Source: a virus. From it: DNA of 47,892 nucleotides. This document shows positions 43,421-47,892 of this stretch, piece after piece; the first letter of the stretch is position 1, and each line of letters begins with the position of its first letter. Both the position numbers and the translations under genes were made by a program. The DNA lies in the IMG/VR virus record IMGVR_UViG_3300009703_000002, positions 1-47,892 of that record. One strand, written 5' to 3'. Below the pieces are notes generated by a model. The model did no database searches and had not been told where the DNA came from. It worked only from the letters and a program-made list of their open reading frames with translations.

Positions 43421-43528
43421 ATGTGTGTAGTTAGTATGATTTCAGATCAACCTGACTGTGAAAAAGGTGATTTAGTTGAATGGGAAAAACAAATGGAAGA
43501 ATTTCTTAGGAAGAAAGGGTTAATCTAA
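43421..43528 (+). CDS. Micro-ORF, 35 aa (MCVVSMISDQPDCEKGDLVEWEKQMEEFLRKKGLI)
   Basis: Manual translation; RBS GAAAGGAAAAGT precedes the ATG. Confidence 0.4.
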   Translation: MCVVSMISDQPDCEKGDLVEWEKQMEEFLRKKGLI

Positions 43529-43530
43529 AA

Positions 43531-43725
43531 ATGAAACAACTTAAAAAAGATTTACAGTCTTTAGTAGAAGACATACGAACAAATTCAAAGATTAATATGA
43601 AGGAACAACATCCTCTATTTAAGTGGAAGTATGATGATGATCCCACGATTGAATTTCAATTAATGATTAGAGAAATTGAAGAGTTCGCACCTGAGCAACT
43701 TGAATTTAATTTGAAAGATAAGTAA
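43531..43725 (+). CDS. Hypothetical protein (64 aa)
   Basis: ORF track. Confidence 0.5.
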   Translation: MKQLKKDLQSLVEDIRTNSKINMKEQHPLFKWKYDDDPTIEFQLMIREIEEFAPEQLEFNLKDK

Positions 43726-44102
43726 TGAAAGCTTGTATAATTGGTAGTCGCTCTATTACTAGACCAGAAGTAATCTTTCCTATTATTGATAAATTTATTC
43801 GTAATCATATTATAGGAGAACCAACTATAATTAGTGGTGGAGCAAATGGAGTAGATTCAAATGCAAAAGAATATGCTAAGGTTCAAGGATTTGATTTTGT
43901 TGAATTCCTTCCCTATCATTTAGTAGATAAACACACACCTTTTTCTGCAAAACACTTTTATTCTAGAAATAGGCAGATGATTTCTAATGCAGATATTGTA
44001 CTTGCTATATGGGATGAAGAGTCTTCTGGTACTCAGCACTCAATTAAGTATGCTCAGAAGCTTGGAGTCCCTGTTATGGTGGTAAAAGTACCTAAATCTT
44101 AA
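43725..44102 (+). CDS. SLOG/DprA-LOG-like Rossmann protein (DUF2493-like) (125 aa)
   Basis: IIGSRS...ISGGANGVDSNAKEYA...IWDEESSGTQHSI fits the GGAxGxD-type SLOG pattern as I recall it. Confidence 0.5.
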   Translation: MKACIIGSRSITRPEVIFPIIDKFIRNHIIGEPTIISGGANGVDSNAKEYAKVQGFDFVEFLPYHLVDKHTPFSAKHFYSRNRQMISNADIVLAIWDEESSGTQHSIKYAQKLGVPVMVVKVPKS

Positions 44103-44145
44103 TAGAAGTATTCTAAAGTATCATACATCAATTTAAGATATAATT

Positions 44146-44174
44146 AAGGGTAGCCATAGAGCTACCCTTTTTTA
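44146..44174 (+). terminator. Hairpin terminator at the convergence of the two arms
   Basis: AAGGGTAGC (44146-54) pairs with GCTACCCTT (44161-69) around a 6-nt loop, followed by a T run on the plus strand. On the minus strand the stem lacks a T tail. Confidence 0.7.
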
Positions 44175-44204
44175 TCTGATTCTGGGAACATCTGAGAGGT
44201 CGTT

Positions 44205-44984
44205 TTATCGGAACTTACCTCCTAAACCTTCAACAATACCTCTGAATCCTTCTGACATAGATTTTATACTTGCTGGAGTTGCTGGCTCGTCTGTAGTGCT
44301 AACATCTAGACCAATTGATTTAGCTACCTCATATCCCGGAACTAAAATAGCAAATGCTGGAGCAGTTAATGGATTCTTTTTAACTGTTTCTCTCATAAAA
44401 GCACGATGGTCATAAGGAGCTAATTTTTCTTGTGCTTCTAAATCTCCCTTATAAGCAAATCGTAGTTTAATAATTGAGTCTAAGTCCATCTTAGCTAATT
44501 CTTTTTCTGAAGGAATCTTAGGCTTCTCTATCATAAGAGATTCTTTTTTCTTACTTGATAGCTTACTAAATTTTCTGATATAATCAGAAGTCTCTTTTGG
44601 AATAAAATCTTTCCACTTATCCCCACCTTTATCAATAGCTTCAGATAACTTCCCCGGCCCATAATTATATGCAGCAAGCATCTTATCTACAGAACCGAAC
44701 TTGGTGTACATAGCTTCTAGATAGTCTTTAGAAAATCTAATCATTTCATTTTCAGAAGTATCTTTTAATGGTTTCACACCATATCCGGGGTCTTCTCCAG
44801 TCTTAGGCATTATCTGTGTTATTCCTTGAGCACCTGCTGGAGAGGTTAATAAATTACCATTTTTATCCCTATGCCTACCAGAGGATTCTATTTGAATAAT
44901 ATGTTGTATGGTATTATTAAAATCTAAGTTCTTTTTATTTTTTACTGGTTTGAATATTGCTTGAGCATTCTTACCCATTTCCAT
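44205..44984 (-). CDS. Internal virion protein with a lytic transglycosylase (SLT) domain
   Basis: IESSGRH (catalytic Glu-Ser), GAQGITQIMP and AAYNYGPG motifs. I place the start among the clustered ATGs at 44978-44990 rather than at the track start 45080, because the latter overlaps the upstream gene by 110 nt. Confidence 0.7.
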   Translation of the reverse strand: MEMGKNAQAIFKPVKNKKNLDFNNTIQHIIQIESSGRHRDKNGNLLTSPAGAQGITQIMPKTGEDPGYGVKPLKDTSENEMIRFSKDYLEAMYTKFGSVDKMLAAYNYGPGKLSEAIDKGGDKWKDFIPKETSDYIRKFSKLSSKKKESLMIEKPKIPSEKELAKMDLDSIIKLRFAYKGDLEAQEKLAPYDHRAFMRETVKKNPLTAPAFAILVPGYEVAKSIGLDVSTTDEPATPASIKSMSEGFRGIVEGLGGKFR

Positions 44985-46731
44985 AGGCATCTCCACCATC
45001 ATCATTGAATAACTGAGGCATATAAGTAGGATAGAAATCTTTAACAGCTTCTTTAGTTGAAATACCTCTAACATTAGCATATGCTTTTAAAGCAATATTA
45101 ATTCGAGTCCCAAACTTAGAATTAAATTCATTTAGTTGATTTCCTTGAAAGATAATATTACCATTAGGTAGTAAATCCAATGTACCTTCACGGCCTTCTA
45201 AAGCTTTCATCATTGGGATCATACCAGATACAGGGTCATTAAACATAGTAGATACATGGTCATCTACAGCAGCTATAGAAGTAGAAGGAGCATTCTCAAA
45301 CTCAGTTTGAGCTATTGTTTTTAAATTATTGAAAATAAATTGACTACGTGAAACAGGATTATCAATAGAAACTGCTTTTAATGAAAAAGTATCTATTACA
45401 TCTTCAAAAGTTTTCCAGCGAGCTTCTTTATTACCTATAGCAACACTAGAAGTAATAAAAGAAGGAGCTTGTGTTTGGTCTCCAATATTCTTAGGAACTA
45501 TGTCATTTAAGGCTGGAGATTGAATATTACCATTAAAAATAGACTCTAAAATCTTTAGCCATTTCTTGCGTAAGTCTCCGTCATTAACCATAATTTCAGG
45601 AGCATTCTTTATCATACTATTAATTAAATCTAGTGAAGCAACATCATATTGTCCACGAACAGCTAACTCTTGTGTCCCTTTAATAATATTAAGTTCATTA
45701 GTCATTGCTTTCGCAGCATCTTCTCCAGAACCTAGTCTAGAAAATCTATCTTTAATAGCATCAATTCCTTCTCGATGTTGAGTAATAAGAGCTTTTACAG
45801 CATCATTATTACGAATCTTTGCTGGCATACTAGTAGCGTAAGCATTATGACTTGCCTCTAAAACCTGTTCTATTTGACCAGAAAAATTAGTATAATTAGT
45901 ACCATTAATTTGATTCTCTTCAATTATTTGTAGAATGGTTGAAGAAGTATTTTGAAGATTACCAATCATAACTTGGTCTCCAGTTGTATCAATCCAATTA
46001 AGTGCCTCTGCTTCTGTCATTCTATCAAATCTTTTTTGTTCTCTTAATTGTCCTGCTGCTAATCGTTTAGCCTGTTCTATTGGTTCTACTTTAGATAAAA
46101 TTTTCCAAGCAGGCTCTGTTTCTCTGTAGGAGACATCAGCTTTTCTAGCTCTAGTTCTAGCATCTTTGAGAAAGGCATCTTGAGAAGCTAGTTTTTCTTC
46201 AGCAAGAATCTCATCTTGTTTTATAATACCAGTAATTCCAGATAAATCTAATACTTTGGCTGCTTCAGCAGTAAGCTCTTTCTGTAATCCTGGATTATTA
46301 TTTACAGCTTCACGAAGATTAGTTAGTATTCTATCAGAGAACTCCGCAGGGCTCATATGTCCTTGTGCCTTTGCATTCATAAGGCGTTGATAAGTAGCAA
46401 TTTGAGCTTTTTGTATTGTAGACAAATCTCCCGGACTATCTTCTCCAGACCTAAAAATATCTTGTTGTCGTGCTGTTAAAATATCTAGATTTTGAGTTTC
46501 ATCATTAACTCTATGTTGTGCCATATAATCCGAGATAGCTTTTTGGTCTGCCTCATTGAGATCATTAACCTTATCTTGGTTATATATAGCAGTACCAATC
46601 TTAGCTGCTCCCTCAAGTAATCTTGTATTGTTTTGTATTCCTATAGCAGCAGAATTATCAACAATCTCAGGAGATACATAACTAGCAGCTCTTGTGTCTA
46701 CCGGAGATAGAGTTTTATTAAAATCAACCAT
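44971..46731 (-). CDS. Large internal virion protein (586 aa)
   Basis: ORF track; function inferred from position only. Confidence 0.6.
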   Translation of the reverse strand: MVDFNKTLSPVDTRAASYVSPEIVDNSAAIGIQNNTRLLEGAAKIGTAIYNQDKVNDLNEADQKAISDYMAQHRVNDETQNLDILTARQQDIFRSGEDSPGDLSTIQKAQIATYQRLMNAKAQGHMSPAEFSDRILTNLREAVNNNPGLQKELTAEAAKVLDLSGITGIIKQDEILAEEKLASQDAFLKDARTRARKADVSYRETEPAWKILSKVEPIEQAKRLAAGQLREQKRFDRMTEAEALNWIDTTGDQVMIGNLQNTSSTILQIIEENQINGTNYTNFSGQIEQVLEASHNAYATSMPAKIRNNDAVKALITQHREGIDAIKDRFSRLGSGEDAAKAMTNELNIIKGTQELAVRGQYDVASLDLINSMIKNAPEIMVNDGDLRKKWLKILESIFNGNIQSPALNDIVPKNIGDQTQAPSFITSSVAIGNKEARWKTFEDVIDTFSLKAVSIDNPVSRSQFIFNNLKTIAQTEFENAPSTSIAAVDDHVSTMFNDPVSGMIPMMKALEGREGTLDLLPNGNIIFQGNQLNEFNSKFGTRINIALKAYANVRGISTKEAVKDFYPTYMPQLFNDDGGDAYGNG

Positions 46732-46733
46732 TC

Positions 46734-47892
46734 CTATTTACCTTTCTGAGCATCTAAGTCTTTCATTAGTTCTCTACCTTCTTCAGTCTTCTCCATAACA
46801 TGCCTAGCATCCTCTAAATCTGCATCATATTTATCATTGTAATGATTATAAATGTTAAGTAAGATAGCTTCCTTTTTATTTTGGGCATTATATCTACTTA
46901 AAGATAGTACGGCATTTATTAATTCATTACGGTAGCTTTCAGGATACTCAAACAAAATTGTATTTAATCCAGATAAATATCTGTCATATTCTATAAAGGA
47001 ATCTGATGAGGTTCCAAGAGCTTTTTGTAAAGCAATTAGTCTAGTATGAATCTCCTTAGCATCTTTTTTAATATCTTTTTGTCTATCAATTAAACTCTTA
47101 GTAGCTTGTATTTGATTAAATTCTTCTACAGGCATAATACCAGCTAGTCTAGCTACTGCTTCAGCCCTAGTTTGTTGTACACCTACTAGTTGACCTGATT
47201 TACTTATTCCTTCTATTAATTGATACTTACCATAATCAGATAATACACCAGCAAAAGATACTGCTGTCCATATAGCAGCTTGTTGTGCTACTGGGTCTGT
47301 AATATCTCTATTATCTACATAAAATATATCGTGCATTGTTCTTACAGCATCAAATAAAGATGTTCCTGCTTGAACAAAAGGAAAGCGTTGATCTGGTTTT
47401 TCACCAGAAGACATTTTAACAAGTGTTTCTATAATATCATATAAGAATACTGTGTCTACAACAGTAGACAGACTTTTACCAGCTTCTACACGGGCTGGTC
47501 TATCTCCATCTTCTGCTACAAAGGCATCTAATACACCATTATAGATTCTATTGGTCATGCTTTCAGTCCATCTAGCTAGAGTCTCTCTATCTTCTGGGTC
47601 ATCAACATTCCTTTCTACAGCCGCATATAAAGCAGCTCCAATAGGAAGACCATACTTACCATACCAAAATAATCTAGCAGCAGCAAGTCGTGCTTTTTCT
47701 GCTCCAGTAAACTCTTTAGCACTCATCATTTGTAAAGTAGATTTCCAAGGAATAGCTACAAACTGAGTAAAAGCACTAATAATCCCATCTTGCCATTTAA
47801 ACATTCCGGCTCTTGTTGAAGCCATATGACCATATAAAGACTGTCCTTCAGCTATCTGAGCTCGTGCTGTATGAGTTTTCCAATCTTTTCCG
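46734..47892 (-). CDS. C-terminal part of the ~863-aa internal virion protein that starts at 1556
   Basis: The frame stays open upstream of the track's Met at 47825 to the window end, and continues seamlessly into 1-1556 through the 123-nt redundancy. Confidence 0.6.
   Translation of the reverse strand, partial: GKDWKTHTARAQIAEGQSLYGHMASTRAGMFKWQDGIISAFTQFVAIPWKSTLQMMSAKEFTGAEKARLAAARLFWYGKYGLPIGAALYAAVERNVDDPEDRETLARWTESMTNRIYNGVLDAFVAEDGDRPARVEAGKSLSTVVDTVFLYDIIETLVKMSSGEKPDQRFPFVQAGTSLFDAVRTMHDIFYVDNRDITDPVAQQAAIWTAVSFAGVLSDYGKYQLIEGISKSGQLVGVQQTRAEAVARLAGIMPVEEFNQIQATKSLIDRQKDIKKDAKEIHTRLIALQKALGTSSDSFIEYDRYLSGLNTILFEYPESYRNELINAVLSLSRYNAQNKKEAILLNIYNHYNDKYDADLEDARHVMEKTEEGRELMKDLDAQKGK
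47770..47892. repeat. Terminal redundancy, right copy (identical to 1-123)
   Basis: Same as the left copy. The repeat lies inside an open reading frame on the minus strand. Confidence 0.9.

Noticed and set aside
2090-47766. Many 60-160-aa track ORFs nested in other frames or antisense to long genes. Examples: 2090-2296, 3282-3467, 3503-3718, 5252-5485, 9150-9395, 9779-10057, 10475-10771, 12073-12324, 12364-12615, 13580-13846, 14598-14870, 15419-15628, 17800-18012, 18244-19199, 19361-19840, 20489-20677, 21023-21340, 22964-23209, 24528-24743, 24986-25180, 26052-26294, 35642-35842, 36678-36863, 37054-37326, 39133-39442, 40664-40885, 41577-41921, 45566-45781 and 47551-47766.
   Set aside because: They are shadow ORFs inside well-supported genes. 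They have low-complexity or odd composition and no RBS, and they would break the tight operon structure.

Overview
This 47,892-nt window is a whole tailed-phage genome. Its first 123 nt recur exactly at its end (1-123 = 47770-47892), so the unit length is 47,769 bp. The repeat lies inside a gene, which points to assembly overlap of a circular or circularly permuted genome rather than a physical end. A ~1.2 kb non-coding control region (21467-22706) separates two divergent arms. The leftward (minus-strand) arm runs 21466 -> 1 and continues through the redundancy down to 44205. It carries tail-fibre-like genes, terminase large subunit, portal, scaffold, major capsid, tail tubular A/B-like proteins and a chain of large internal virion proteins ending in a lytic-transglycosylase protein, a podovirus, T7-supergroup-like layout. 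The rightward (plus-strand) arm (22707-44102) starts with early orphans, including a 36x hexapeptide-repeat protein, followed by a seven-gene amidoligase/GATase/ATP-grasp cassette. Next comes a T7-like replication set: primase, intein-containing helicase, family A DNA polymerase in two pieces, SSB-like protein, 5'-3' exonuclease, endonuclease I, and a class II ribonucleotide reductase split in two around a homing-endonuclease-like gene. The arm also holds a 3TM holin-like gene and a 117-nt tmRNA-like RNA. The arms converge on a hairpin terminator at 44146-44174. I saw no phage RNA polymerase, integrase, CRISPR array or canonical tRNA. Several near-consensus sigma-70 promoters suggest dependence on host RNAP. 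Genes are tightly packed with many TAATG/ATGA start-stop overlaps, which also expose micro-ORFs below the ORF-track cutoff. All functional calls rest on motifs read by eye and on gene order; nothing has been checked against a database.
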